Positions 1-9,876 of a stretch of DNA of 56,192 nucleotides are shown in pieces. The notes under the pieces were generated by a model. That model ran no database searches, had not been told where the DNA came from, and saw only the letters and a list, made by a program, of their open reading frames with translations. Source of the stretch: an uncultured Streptomyces sp. Lineage in GTDB: Bacteria; Actinomycetota; Actinomycetes; Streptomycetales; Streptomycetaceae. The stretch lies in NCBI GenBank assembly GCA_965654005.1, contig CBFHCJ010000001.1, positions 1 through 56,192 on the forward strand, given 5' to 3'. The translations under genes were made by a program, and so were the position numbers. The first letter of the stretch is position 1, and every line of letters starts with the position of its first letter.

Positions 1-63
1 TGGGTTGTTTGTTGGGGGGGTTGTGGTTGTAATTGCCCCCCCACCCCCCCCGCCGTACGTGGA

Positions 64-186
64 AGACCGGGCGTTCCCGCAAGGGGGTGCAGTCTGGGTG
101 GGACGGTGGTGAGTGCCCGGCCGCGCGGGCGTGGCACTGTTGTCGCCCGATAGGGCGATTGCATCAAAGTGACTCGGGATAGAGTC
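64..186 (+). other. Cluster of four short hairpins upstream of ttrA (terminal/subtelomeric structure)
   Basis: GCGTTCCC-GCAA-GGGGGTGC (71-90, with G.T pairs), AGTGCC...GGCACT (112-138), TCGCCC-GATA-GGGCGA (143-158), GACTC-GGGATA-GAGTC (171-186). Confidence 0.55.
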
Positions 187-236
187 TGTAGTGAGGGGTT
201 GCTGCCCCCGTTGGTTCGGCTGGAAGGCGGAAGATC

Positions 237-2660
237 GTGTCGGGTCGGCATCGGCTTCGTCCTCATCAGATCGAGGCCGTGGATGCGGTGGTGCGGGCGT
301 TGGCACAGCCGCTGGGTGGGGTGTGGCCTGAGAACGGGCTGCGGGCTCAGGTGGTTGCTGCCACGGGTGCGGGCAAGAGCCTGGTGGGGGTGCACGCGGC
401 GCTGGAGCTGCGTGCAGGGCGGGTGTTGGTGTTGGTGCCCACGCTCGATCTGCTGGGGCAGATGGTGGGGGTATGGCGGGCGGCAGGGCGTACGGGGCCG
501 ATGTTCGGGGTGTGCTCGCCGCGCGAGGGTGGGGCGTTGGAGGTGCCGTGCACGACCGATGCCGGGCAGTTGGTGGCGTGGCTGTCCGGCCGTGAGCGGG
601 TGACGGTGTTCGCCACGTATGCGGCGCTGGGTTTGGGGGTGTTGGAGCGGGCGCATGCGGGTGGTCTGGCCCTGTGGGACCTGGTCGTGGTGGACGAGGC
701 GCACCGGACGTCGGGGGTGCTGGGCAAGCCGTGGGCGGCGGTGCATGACCAGGGGAAGGTGCCGGCGGCGCGGCGTTTGTACATGACGGCGACGCCACGG
801 TTGTGGGATGCCTCTTCAGGTGGTGGGGGCGGGTCGGCGGCGTTGGTGGCGTCGATGGATGACGAGAGTGTGTTCGGGCCGGTGGTGTACCGGTTGCCGT
901 TGTCGGAGGCGATCGAGCGGGGGTTGGTCGCGCGGTATCAGGTGGTGTGTGTGGACATCGCTGACCCGCAGGTGCAGGCAATGCAGCTGGTGGGGTCTGA
1001 TGCGCGCAGTGACGCGGTGCGGGGGCTGCGGTTGGCCGCGCTGCAGACGGCGGTGCTGAAGACGGCGGCCGAGCAGAAGTTGAGGCGGTTGTTGACGTTC
1101 CACTCGCGTACGAGTGAGGCGGAGGCCTTCGCGAGTGGGCTGGGCGCGGTGGCGAAGGCATTGTGGGAGAGCGGCGAGAGGGGCTATCCGGAGCCGGGGG
1201 CGGTGTGGGCGCAGTGGCTGTGCGGGGAGCACAAAGTGGCGTACCGGCGGGAGGTGTTGGAGGAGTTCTCGTCGGGGTGTGCGGCGGATGGTGCGGTGTG
1301 GGAGCGGTGTGTGCTGTCGTCGGTGCGGGTGCTGGGCGAGGGGGTGGACACGCCGGGCTGTGATGCGGTGGTCTTCGCGGACGTGCGGGGTTCGGTGCCC
1401 GACGTGGTCCAGGCGGTGGGGCGTGCGCTGCGGATGCAGCCGGGTGAGGGCAAGATCGCTTCTCTGGTGGTGCCGGTGTTCCTGGGACCGGGTGAGGAGC
1501 CGGACGAGATGCTCGCCTCGAAGGCGTATGAGGATCTGGCGAAGCTGCTGACCGCGCTGCGGGCGCACGACGCAGAGGCGGTCGAGCAGCTCGCGGTCCC
1601 GCAGTCCGCCAGCCGGTCGGAGGCGGCCTCTGGCGGCTCGAGCGCGGGAGGCGGGGTCGGCACTGTGGCGCAGGGGCTGCTGTCGTTCTCGTCGCGGCGG
1701 GATCCGGCCCAGTTGGCGGCGTTCATCAGTGCCCGGGTGCTGCGGCCGGAGGGCGAGTTCTGGCGGCGAGGCCTGCAGGCGGCGCTCGCGTTTCACAGTG
1801 ACCAGGGGCATCTGCGCGTTCCCTACGGGCACACGGCGCCCGACGGGTTCCCGCTGGGGGTGTGGATCTCCAACCAGCGGCGCCTGAACCGCCAGGGCAG
1901 TCTCGACCCGGAGCGGGTGACGCAGTTGGACGAACTCGGCATGGTGTGGTCCCACTTCACGGTCGCCTTCGACGAGGGCCTGGCCGCGGCCCGCGGCTGG
2001 GCCGCCGAGCACGGCCACCTGCTGGCCCCCACCGAGGCCACCTGGGAGAACTACCCGGTCGGGACCTGGCTGAAGAACCAGCGCGCCGCCGCCCGGCGCG
2101 CCGAGGACCACCGGACGGAGGGGCCGCAGGCGGGCTCTGGGGCGGGTGGGCTGAGCCGGGAGCGGCGCCGGGCGCTGGAGGAGATCGATCCCGCATGGTG
2201 TCCGGCGTGGCCGGTGGCGTGGCAGCGCTGTTTCCACCTTGCCCGCATGCACCGCCAGACCCGGGGTTCACTGCCGGAGAGGGAGGGTGTGCTGCTGGTG
2301 CAGGGCGAGGACATCGGGCGCTGGGTGCAGGTACAGCGGCAGGAGTGGAATGCGCTGAGCAGCGTGCAGCAGTGGCTGCTCGACGAGGTACTGGGCGTCG
2401 AACCCTGTGCGGAAGAGATGTCGGCGGCGACGGTCGTCCCTCGGCGCAGCCGAGCGCAGAAGTGGGAGGCGAATCTGGCGGCAGCCCGCCGGTACCGCGC
2501 TCGGGAGGGGCATCTGAACGTACCCCGAACGCACACCGAAACCGTTGACGGATCTGAGCTGGCGCTGGGTGTGTTCATCGCCAACTCCCGTACTCGTAAG
2601 GCGCGTCTTGCGCCTGAGCGAATCGAGGAGCTGTCGGCGCTGGGCATGCGCTGGTCTTAA
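237..2660 (+). CDS. ttrA: TtrA-like terminal SF2 DEAH helicase with C-terminal helicase-associated (HA) repeats
   Basis: ATGAGKS (motif I), DEAH, MTATP, QAVGRALR. HA repeats (GHLRVP...LGVWISNQR; LSALGMRW). Points inward from the window end, as ttrA does on Streptomyces linear replicons. Confidence 0.88.
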   Translation: MSGRHRLRPHQIEAVDAVVRALAQPLGGVWPENGLRAQVVAATGAGKSLVGVHAALELRAGRVLVLVPTLDLLGQMVGVWRAAGRTGPMFGVCSPREGGALEVPCTTDAGQLVAWLSGRERVTVFATYAALGLGVLERAHAGGLALWDLVVVDEAHRTSGVLGKPWAAVHDQGKVPAARRLYMTATPRLWDASSGGGGGSAALVASMDDESVFGPVVYRLPLSEAIERGLVARYQVVCVDIADPQVQAMQLVGSDARSDAVRGLRLAALQTAVLKTAAEQKLRRLLTFHSRTSEAEAFASGLGAVAKALWESGERGYPEPGAVWAQWLCGEHKVAYRREVLEEFSSGCAADGAVWERCVLSSVRVLGEGVDTPGCDAVVFADVRGSVPDVVQAVGRALRMQPGEGKIASLVVPVFLGPGEEPDEMLASKAYEDLAKLLTALRAHDAEAVEQLAVPQSASRSEAASGGSSAGGGVGTVAQGLLSFSSRRDPAQLAAFISARVLRPEGEFWRRGLQAALAFHSDQGHLRVPYGHTAPDGFPLGVWISNQRRLNRQGSLDPERVTQLDELGMVWSHFTVAFDEGLAAARGWAAEHGHLLAPTEATWENYPVGTWLKNQRAAARRAEDHRTEGPQAGSGAGGLSRERRRALEEIDPAWCPAWPVAWQRCFHLARMHRQTRGSLPEREGVLLVQGEDIGRWVQVQRQEWNALSSVQQWLLDEVLGVEPCAEEMSAATVVPRRSRAQKWEANLAAARRYRAREGHLNVPRTHTETVDGSELALGVFIANSRTRKARLAPERIEELSALGMRWS

Positions 2661-2900
2661 AGGTGAGAAGGCACCCATCCAGGCCAGTCGGCTTGGCCTG
2701 TCGAACGCACCCACGCCTGGCAGAACGCCTTCTACCGCCTCGCCCGCTGCTACGAGCGGCGCAGTACCGTCATCGACGCATTCTTCGACCTCGCTGACGC
2801 GATCATCACCGTGCGTAGTCTGATCCGGCAGGCATGGACGACCCACCGCTGGAGCGAACGCACGAACCGCCGACCATAACCGCATCCCTATCCGCACGGC
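2661..2900 (+). pseudogene. 3' fragment of an IS5-family transposase
   Basis: 2694-2879 reads WPVERTHAWQNAFYRLARCYERRSTVIDAFFDLADAIITVRSLIRQAW...RRP*, the typical IS5 C-terminus. It is frameshifted from the upstream KGEKAPIQASR and has no 5' part. Confidence 0.8.
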
Positions 2901-2953
2901 CTCCTACACAGGCCCCGAGTCCGTTGTCAGTGGACGGTGTTACTTTCTGTGAC

Positions 2954-4516
2954 ATGACCGATCACGCGCTATGGCTGCTGCGGCAGGACCGCCGCCTGGC
3001 CGAACTGGCCGCCTTCCCCTTCGACTTCGACCTGGACCGCGCCGCCCACGGCCATGTCGAGGAGGTCCGCCTCGCCTCGGGTGAGCCGCTGGAGACGGTA
3101 GCCGGGGACGATACCGGCGGTACGTACTTCGTGTGCGCGGACGGCTCGGTGCTCTACGCCGACTCGGAGGGCGCCGCGGGGATCATCGGCTCCAGTGTCG
3201 ACGAGACTCTGGAGCTCCTGATCGGCCTGCCCGGCTGGCGCGGCTACACACGTCTGTCGCCAGACGACGGCGAGGGGAAGATCCTGGCGTGCGTCGCGGA
3301 GACCGAGGACGAGATCCGTGAGTACTACGGAATCGACGAGGAGCGGGCCGAGCTCCGTGCGGCGCTGGGCTTCCCGAAGCGCTCTCCGATCGAGCTGGTG
3401 GGCAGGCTGCATGCTGCGCTGCTGCGCACCGAGCCGGACTTCGTACTGCTCAACGCGGATGAAGGGTGCGCGTACGACCGGATAGGCCCGGCCGGTCCCC
3501 CGCTGTGGGAGTCAGTGCTCGCGGCGGGCCGCGCCGATCTCGCCCGGCTGAGGGAGGGCAACCGCACGGCATGGCGTGAAGTCGCCGAGGACCCGGTGCG
3601 GCGCCGGATCACCCTGCGGGCCGCGCAGTTCGACCGCGCCGAGGGCGATCTGGAGCTGCTGCGGCATCTGCTGCGGCACGAGACACGGTCATCGATGACG
3701 GACGAACTGCGGCTTGCGGCCGTGCTGGTGGGGCTGCGCGGGGACACCGGAGATCTGCCCCTGCTGCTTGAGGTCCGGGAGACGGACTTCGACACGGCGT
3801 GCGGCCTGGGCGGTATGCCGGAGCCAGGTGCAAGCGCGGACGAGTTGCAACAGTGGGCGCGGGCGCTCGACGAGTCGATGTTCGGGACGGACCCGTCGGA
3901 CGAGCCGGTCTCCACATGGACCGACCTGGCGCGGGACCAGGGGATGGCGGACCTCGCGCGGGTGACGCTGATCCGCGAACTCGACAACATCTTCATGGAC
4001 CAGAGCAGACTCCGCCGCCCCGAGGCGCCCCGCACCCTGGCCACGGCTCCGCTGAGCGGGCTCGCCCGGGACTTCGAGGAACTCGGCGACCTTCCACAGG
4101 CCCTGCGCGCCCAGCGCCTGTACGCCGCCCTTCAGGAGAAGGAATGGGACCGGGCCTCGGCCCGGCACACCCTGGCCCGCCTGGAGCGGGAGGCGGGCCG
4201 GCTGCCGCAGGCGGCGGACAGCCTGGCCGCCGTGCGCAACGCCCTGGCCACCCCGGGCGACGACTCACTGCGCTACTGGCAGCAGGTCAACCTCGGCCGC
4301 TTCATCGCCGAGGAGCACTACCGGCTCGCCCTCGCCCTGGCCGACGCCGCCCGCCCCGAGGAGGCCCGTGCCCTCCTCACGGCCGCCGACGCCATACTCG
4401 GCGAGCTCTCGGAGAACGCCGCGAAAGGCATCCGCGAGCTCGCCGAACGGACCGCTGCGAGGGTGCGGAAGTCAACTGAGGACGGGCACGGCGGGCAGTC
4501 CGCCAGGAAGCACTGA
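2954..4516 (+). CDS. Hypothetical protein, SUKH/SMI1-like N-terminal region plus alpha-helical/TPR-like C-terminus
   Basis: Strong GC3 bias. PLETVAGDDTGGTYFVCADGSVLYADSEG resembles a SUKH core. Start taken at ATG 2954. Confidence 0.6.
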   Translation: MTDHALWLLRQDRRLAELAAFPFDFDLDRAAHGHVEEVRLASGEPLETVAGDDTGGTYFVCADGSVLYADSEGAAGIIGSSVDETLELLIGLPGWRGYTRLSPDDGEGKILACVAETEDEIREYYGIDEERAELRAALGFPKRSPIELVGRLHAALLRTEPDFVLLNADEGCAYDRIGPAGPPLWESVLAAGRADLARLREGNRTAWREVAEDPVRRRITLRAAQFDRAEGDLELLRHLLRHETRSSMTDELRLAAVLVGLRGDTGDLPLLLEVRETDFDTACGLGGMPEPGASADELQQWARALDESMFGTDPSDEPVSTWTDLARDQGMADLARVTLIRELDNIFMDQSRLRRPEAPRTLATAPLSGLARDFEELGDLPQALRAQRLYAALQEKEWDRASARHTLARLEREAGRLPQAADSLAAVRNALATPGDDSLRYWQQVNLGRFIAEEHYRLALALADAARPEEARALLTAADAILGELSENAAKGIRELAERTAARVRKSTEDGHGGQSARKH

Positions 4517-4534
4517 GCGCGGCAGGCCAGGTAG

Positions 4535-4615
4535 TCGGCCTGTCCGGCAGCAGGTCTTGCTCAACATGGCGATCGAGCCGATCCAGGTAGACGTTGGACA
4601 GGATCGGGGGCGCCC
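4535..4615 (-). pseudogene. Short relic of a group II intron reverse transcriptase
   Basis: Minus strand reads PPILSNVYLDRLDRHVEQDLLP, matching the SPILSNIYLDRLD segment after the PQG motif of group II intron RTs. Confidence 0.6.
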
Positions 4616-4710
4616 GTGCCCGCGGTCGGGCCTTCGCTGTCGGTGGTCTGGCCAGGGTGCCGCACCGGGCCACGCCCGGAGCGCGCGAGCGGCGAGATTG
4701 CTGAGGCGGT

Positions 4711-5597
4711 CTACACGCGGAAATTGATGTGGGGGGTGGGGAGCCGGGCGAACTCGGCGGCCCGCTCTGGGTAGATGATTCCGAGGCCGAGCGTGGTGAG
4801 CAGGTGGTCGCAGGACTGGTTCAGAGTGCTCTCCGCGGTGACCGGCTCGTACAGGCTGGGGTTGTCAGTCGGTTCCTGGGTGGAGAGGAAGGGCTGGTCT
4901 CGCATGTACTGGGCGTAGCCCAGGAGGTGGGCGTGTCGGGCGTTGCGGAAGTCATCGTCGCTGAACTGGCCTGCGGCGAGTTTCGCGATGGCCCGCAGCC
5001 GGGCGTCGATGATGCCGATCTGGGAGTCGACGGTGAGCGGGGCGCTGAGGTGGCCGACAGCGCGGTGGAGCGGGCTGAAGCCGGGCTCGAAGACGGCACG
5101 GGCTGCGGATTCCAGGGCAGCGAGGTCAACGCGTCCTGTGTAGGCGGCATCCGCGAGCATGTCCAGCAGAGCTTTGCGGGCGGCTGGTGTGGCGGCCGGG
5201 TGGTCAATCTGCTGGAGGATTGTCCGGGCGATCTGGCGCGCCCGGCGCAGGCTGACTCTCGGGTCACCTATCCAGGTCGCCATGGCGACGCGGACCTGGC
5301 GCAGAGGAACGAAGTCGTCGCCCCAGTAGATCCAGATGCCGACGGGGATCTGCGAGAGGGTACGGATCCCGACGCCCTGCTTGCGATGGTGGAGCAGCGT
5401 GAGCAGAAGATGGCGCTGCTTCTCGTCGTACAGTGCCGGGTGCGAGCCGTGGCCCTTGCCGGCCGGGCGACGCTGGGGTAATCGAGCAAGCCTTTCTCGG
5501 TCCAGTCGCGGATCAGCCGAGCGGTGACGGTGTGGTTGTGGCTGGCTGCGTCCTGGACGAGCTGGTGGATCGTTGCTGGTCCGCTGATGCTGCTCAC
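4711..5597 (-). pseudogene. MerR-like HTH protein, frameshifted in a homopolymer (pseudogene or sequencing error)
   Basis: The N-terminus ATIHQLVQDAASHNHTVTARLIRDWTEKGLLDYP continues as QRRPAGKGHGSHPALY in another frame. One extra base in the G4 run at 5475-5478 restores a single ORF. Confidence 0.65.
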
Positions 5598-5717
5598 GCC
5601 TATGGAGATTACACGTGATTGGGTCATCTGGCGGCTTCCGGTGATCGTCGCATGTGTCAGATAGTGAAGGCAGAGCCCTCACTTGGGGTGATTCAGGTCA
5701 TTGGAAGGAACACGACT

Positions 5718-5915
5718 ATGTCGAAAAGGTCAATGGTGGCACTGGGCCCTGCTGCGGTGGTCTTCACGCTCTACCACGCGCTCACACTCATCTCCGACCT
5801 GGAGACCTGCGCGCAGAACCTGCGCGTCTACCGAGCCCGGCCGACCGGGAGCAACCTGGCCCGTCTGCTGCTCGCTGAGGGGGTGTTCATCAAGGATCTC
5901 GGCCTGGGTGCCTGA
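5718..5915 (+). CDS. Small 65-aa hypothetical protein
   Basis: GGAAGGA RBS, ATG 5718, GC3 bias, divergent from the HTH gene. Confidence 0.55.
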   Translation: MSKRSMVALGPAAVVFTLYHALTLISDLETCAQNLRVYRARPTGSNLARLLLAEGVFIKDLGLGA

Positions 5916-6006
5916 ACCGCGGCGCGGCATGACGTAAACGCGTGCCGGGGATGCCGCCAAAATGCATTGGCCGACGATCCGCAGCAGCGGCATCGTTGAC
6001 CTGGTG

Positions 6007-6741
6007 ATGAACCTTCCCGACCCGGACTGGGCCGTGCAGCAGCTCGACCGCTTCCTCGACCTGATCACCACCGTGTCGTCGCACAACGGGCGCCCCGGCC
6101 GTCGCCACTCTGGAGATGCGGACGAGATCACCGAGCAGTTCGTGGCTGTGGAGCAGATCTTCGACCGCGTCATCCCGCACTGGCGGGACCAGCCCCTAGA
6201 GCGGGTCATGAACCCGGATCTGCCATGGGTGAACCACCGGAAGCCCGCGGTGCAGGCGAAGACAGTCATCCTTAAGGATTCCGAGATCCGCGAGAAGCTG
6301 GGTGACAACGCGCCACAGATCAGCGCGGCTTCCCTGCACCCGTGGGCGTGGGAAGGGGCGAGGTCACTGTGGCAGAGCGGCCACTACCGCGAGGCTGTAA
6401 CTGCGGCCGCCCGAAAGATCAACGCCGAAACGCAGAACAAGTTGAACCGCCGTGACCTGTCCGAGGTCAAGCTGTTCCAGGACGCGCTGAGCACGAAGAC
6501 GCCGCCCAGCCCCGGCAGCCCCAAACTGCGGGTCATCCCCGACGACGGCAGTGTCACGTTCGCGAACATGCAGCGCGGCGTCATGGCCTTCGCCGAGGGC
6601 TGCTACGCGGCAATCCGCAATCCCAACAGCCACGAGGACGGACTGCCCGAACTGCCGGAGCATGAGGCCCTGGAGCAGCTCGCCACACTGAGCCTGCTCG
6701 CCCGCTGGATCGAGGGCGCGATGGTGACGACCACGCCATGA
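6007..6741 (+). CDS. TIGR02391 (Ymh)-family protein with HEPN-type RxxxxH motif
   Basis: LHPWAWEGARSLWQSGHYREAV...GCYAAIRNPNSHE. Confidence 0.8.
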   Translation: MNLPDPDWAVQQLDRFLDLITTVSSHNGRPGRRHSGDADEITEQFVAVEQIFDRVIPHWRDQPLERVMNPDLPWVNHRKPAVQAKTVILKDSEIREKLGDNAPQISAASLHPWAWEGARSLWQSGHYREAVTAAARKINAETQNKLNRRDLSEVKLFQDALSTKTPPSPGSPKLRVIPDDGSVTFANMQRGVMAFAEGCYAAIRNPNSHEDGLPELPEHEALEQLATLSLLARWIEGAMVTTTP

Positions 6742-7121
6742 CTGGGTGCCCGCTCCCTCTCGCGGTCAGCATTACAGGGGGACCGCGCTTCGAGGACAAC
6801 GGCGGACATCGCTCGGTCAGCCGAGCCGGGCAGGCGCTGCGGCCAAACAGACAAGCTGTTCCTCGAGCGCCTGACTGCCAGCACCGTGTAGGTCAGCCGC
6901 CTATGCTCCCCGCTGGCGGTCCGGATCAGCCTCTGTTCAGCCGTAGTTGGCTGGTCGGATGCTGAGCGGGGAGATGGCGGGGCTGCCGACTCACCCGGTT
7001 GAGCTGATCGCTGCAAGGCCCGTGACGCCATATGTAGAAGCCAAGGGGGATCCTTGTCGAGCGGTGGAGCGCAGCCATGGGGCTGATGCTGCCTGTTCCC
7101 GTGTCGGCCTCGCAACGCCAG

Positions 7122-9582
7122 TCAGCCGTCGGCGAGCAGGCTGAGTGCTTCACGTCGCAGCTGGGCAACCCAGTCGTTGGTCCCATCGACAGCCAGCGCC
7201 TGGTCGAAGTACGCCACGGCTTGTGGGTAGTTCCCGAGACGTAGCTGGACCTCGCCCTGTCCCGCGATGGCCCAGTCCAGGGAGGGTGCGAGGTCGACCG
7301 CGTGGTCGAAGTCCGCTTGGGCTTCGTGGAGGGAGCTCATGGCGAGGAGGATCCGGCCTCGTTTGCCGAAGTATTCGGCATTGTCTGGGTGCTTGCGGAC
7401 CAGCCGGTCGAAGTCTGCCAGCGCGTCGGCGTACTGTCGGGATTTCCTGTGTGTGCGAGCTCGCAGGAGAAGGACCCAGTCGAGTGCGGAGTCGAGACTG
7501 AGCGCCCGGTCGAAGTCTGTGATCGCGCCCTGGAAGGCGGACTCGCCCGCGGCTGGCGATGGCCCAGGCGTAGTCCGGATCGAGGTCGATGGCATGGTCG
7601 AAGTCGGCTGCTGCGGCATCGAGGCGACCCATGAGCCGGTAGGTCTCGCCTCGTCCGGCGATTGCCCACGCATAGCCGGAGTCAATGCTGAGGGCACGGT
7701 TGAAGTCGGCGAGGGCGTCATCGTAGCGGACCAGCTCTCGGTAGACGATGCCGCGGCTGCTGACGGCCCAGGCCAGGTCTGGATCGAGTTCTACAGCGTG
7801 ATTGAGATCGCGTAGTGCGTGGCTGTGTTGCTTCATGAGGCGGTAGGTTTCGCCCCGCGCGGCAAGCGTCCAGGAGAGTTTCGGATTGAGATCGAGCGCT
7901 TCGTTGAAGTCGGCGATAGCGGCTTCGTAGCGGCGCATCAGCTGACATGTGCCGGCTCGGGCCACGAGTGCGGCGGTGCGGGCGGTCCGTTCCAGGTCTC
8001 CCTGCCGGATGAGTAAGGTCAGGTATTCGGCGCCGTGAGTACCTGGTGCGGCCAGCGCGGCCTGCAGTTGCTGTCCCCAGTCGCGGGCTTTGGCGAAATC
8101 GGCGTCCGTGCCAGCCTGTTCGATCATCTCCGCCCAAAGCTGGGCCATGGTGTCTCCTGCCCGGCAGGCGTGCACGGCCAGGTTGAGGGCTTGTGGCAGG
8201 GCTGTGCTCGGCTCTGCGCAGAGGCCGTGATAGGTCTCTTCGATCAGATGCTGGCTGCAGTCGGTGTCGCTCCAGGCTGCTTGTTCGTTCAGTCCCAGGT
8301 CTTCGCGAGTGTCACGGTGCCAGGCGGCCAGGGCTCGATGCCGGGTGCGCCAGTCCTGTGGGGACTCGCGCCGCAGGACTCGCAGCATGGAGGTGCGCAC
8401 GATGTCGTGGTAGACGAAGCGCCCCGAGTCGTCTGTGACGAAGGGCTGCTGGCCCAGCCAGGCGTAGCTGTCCTCGACGTCCGTGTCGCCCGTGATGACC
8501 CGAAGGGCATCCATGTTGAGGCTTCGGGGCAGGGCCGCGGCCTTAGCCAGGGCGCGCCGGTCGGGGTCTTGCTCCCATTTCAGGAAGCGGTCCACTGCGC
8601 TGCCGGTGGGATCACCGATGTCTTGCGGGTCGAGCGGTCTGTTCTGGGCCAGCATGGCAAGAAGCAGTGGCAGCCTGCCGGTCAGTGCGATGATCACGGC
8701 CAGGAGTGATTCGTCGTGCACGCCGTTGTGCAGCAGGAGCTGGCGGGCTTCCGTCTCTGTGAAGGGGGCCAGGGAGAATTCCTCGATCAGGTCCAAGTAG
8801 GTGGACCAGCGGGCTAGATCGAGGGGGCGTTGGCCGGCGATGGTAACGGTCAGGGCGCTGGTCAGCTCTCCGTATTTGCCGTCGAAGAGGTCGAGCAGCC
8901 AGTCCTCTACGAGATTGCGGCTTTGTTCGTAGGAGTCGAAGAACAGGGCGAGTTGGCGATCCTGTGCAACTTCTGCGAGGCCTTGAACGAAGAGCGGGGA
9001 AAGCTCCTCCACTGGTGACATGAGCAGGCGTACGTCGTTGCTGCGCATACGCTTGCTGAGGTACTTGCGGATTCGTTCTGCCTGCTCGGCGAGAGCGGCC
9101 GGGTCGACCTGCTGGATAAACTCTCCGGCAACCGGGATACTTTTGGCCGCTCCCAATCCGATGCCTACGGCGGTCCGGGTGAGGAAGGTCGGGGCACCTT
9201 CAGGTGCCTGGGGATCGCTCTCGAGTTCGTTGCGGCGTTCTTCGTAGTGCGCGTGTCGTTTCTCAAAAGCGCGCAAGGGACTGTTGGCGTGCGCCAGTTC
9301 GGTGGCGATGCGGCTCATCACCGCGAGGACGTCGCGTGAGGTCTCGTCGACGCGAGAGGTGGCTGCTCCTTCTGCGTCGGCGAGCCTGCGCAAATGGCGT
9401 ACCAGGTACGTTTTCCCCACGCCGGCGTCGCCATGAATGCTGAAGACGAAACGTCGTTCTGAATGCTCCAGGGGTAGCGAGAGGTTGCGGCGGAACTGAG
9501 CCGTCTGCGCTTGTCGTCCGACGAACCGTGCGTGTTCACGGGTGCGTGCAATGTGCTGCAAGGATGGAACCGACCGTGCCAC
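7122..9582 (-). pseudogene. AAA/STAND ATPase-TPR protein with a frameshift in the TPR array
   Basis: FVGR, GDAGVGKT, LFFDSYEQ, GRLPLLL and many 34-aa TPRs. TPRs continue in another frame after ~7535 (FQGAITDFDRALSLD...). Confidence 0.8.
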
Positions 9583-9876
9583 CTCGAACCCCCTGTGTGC
9601 TGAAATGTCCAGCGTAGAGGTGCGAACCGTGCAGGTCACGACTCGGTAAGCCCCCAACTACCGTGACCTGCTCAGTCATTGGCCTGCCGGTGTGCCATGG
9701 CAGCCGTGCCCGTAGGATGGCCGTGAGGGTCGGAGCACATCAGGTGCAGCGATTCGTCATCGCGCCGGTCCACCGGGAGAGATCGGGGTTCGAGTCCCCG
9801 AGCGCCCTCGTGGCGTCTCGTTCAATTGGCAGGACACTCCCTACCTTCTGCCTTCCCTCCGCTGCCAACTCGCAGC

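Noticed and set aside
1-52. G/T-rich then poly-C stretch as a telomere or G-quadruplex element
   Set aside because: Looks like low-quality contig-end sequence and does not match the archetypal CCCGCGGAGCGGG terminus
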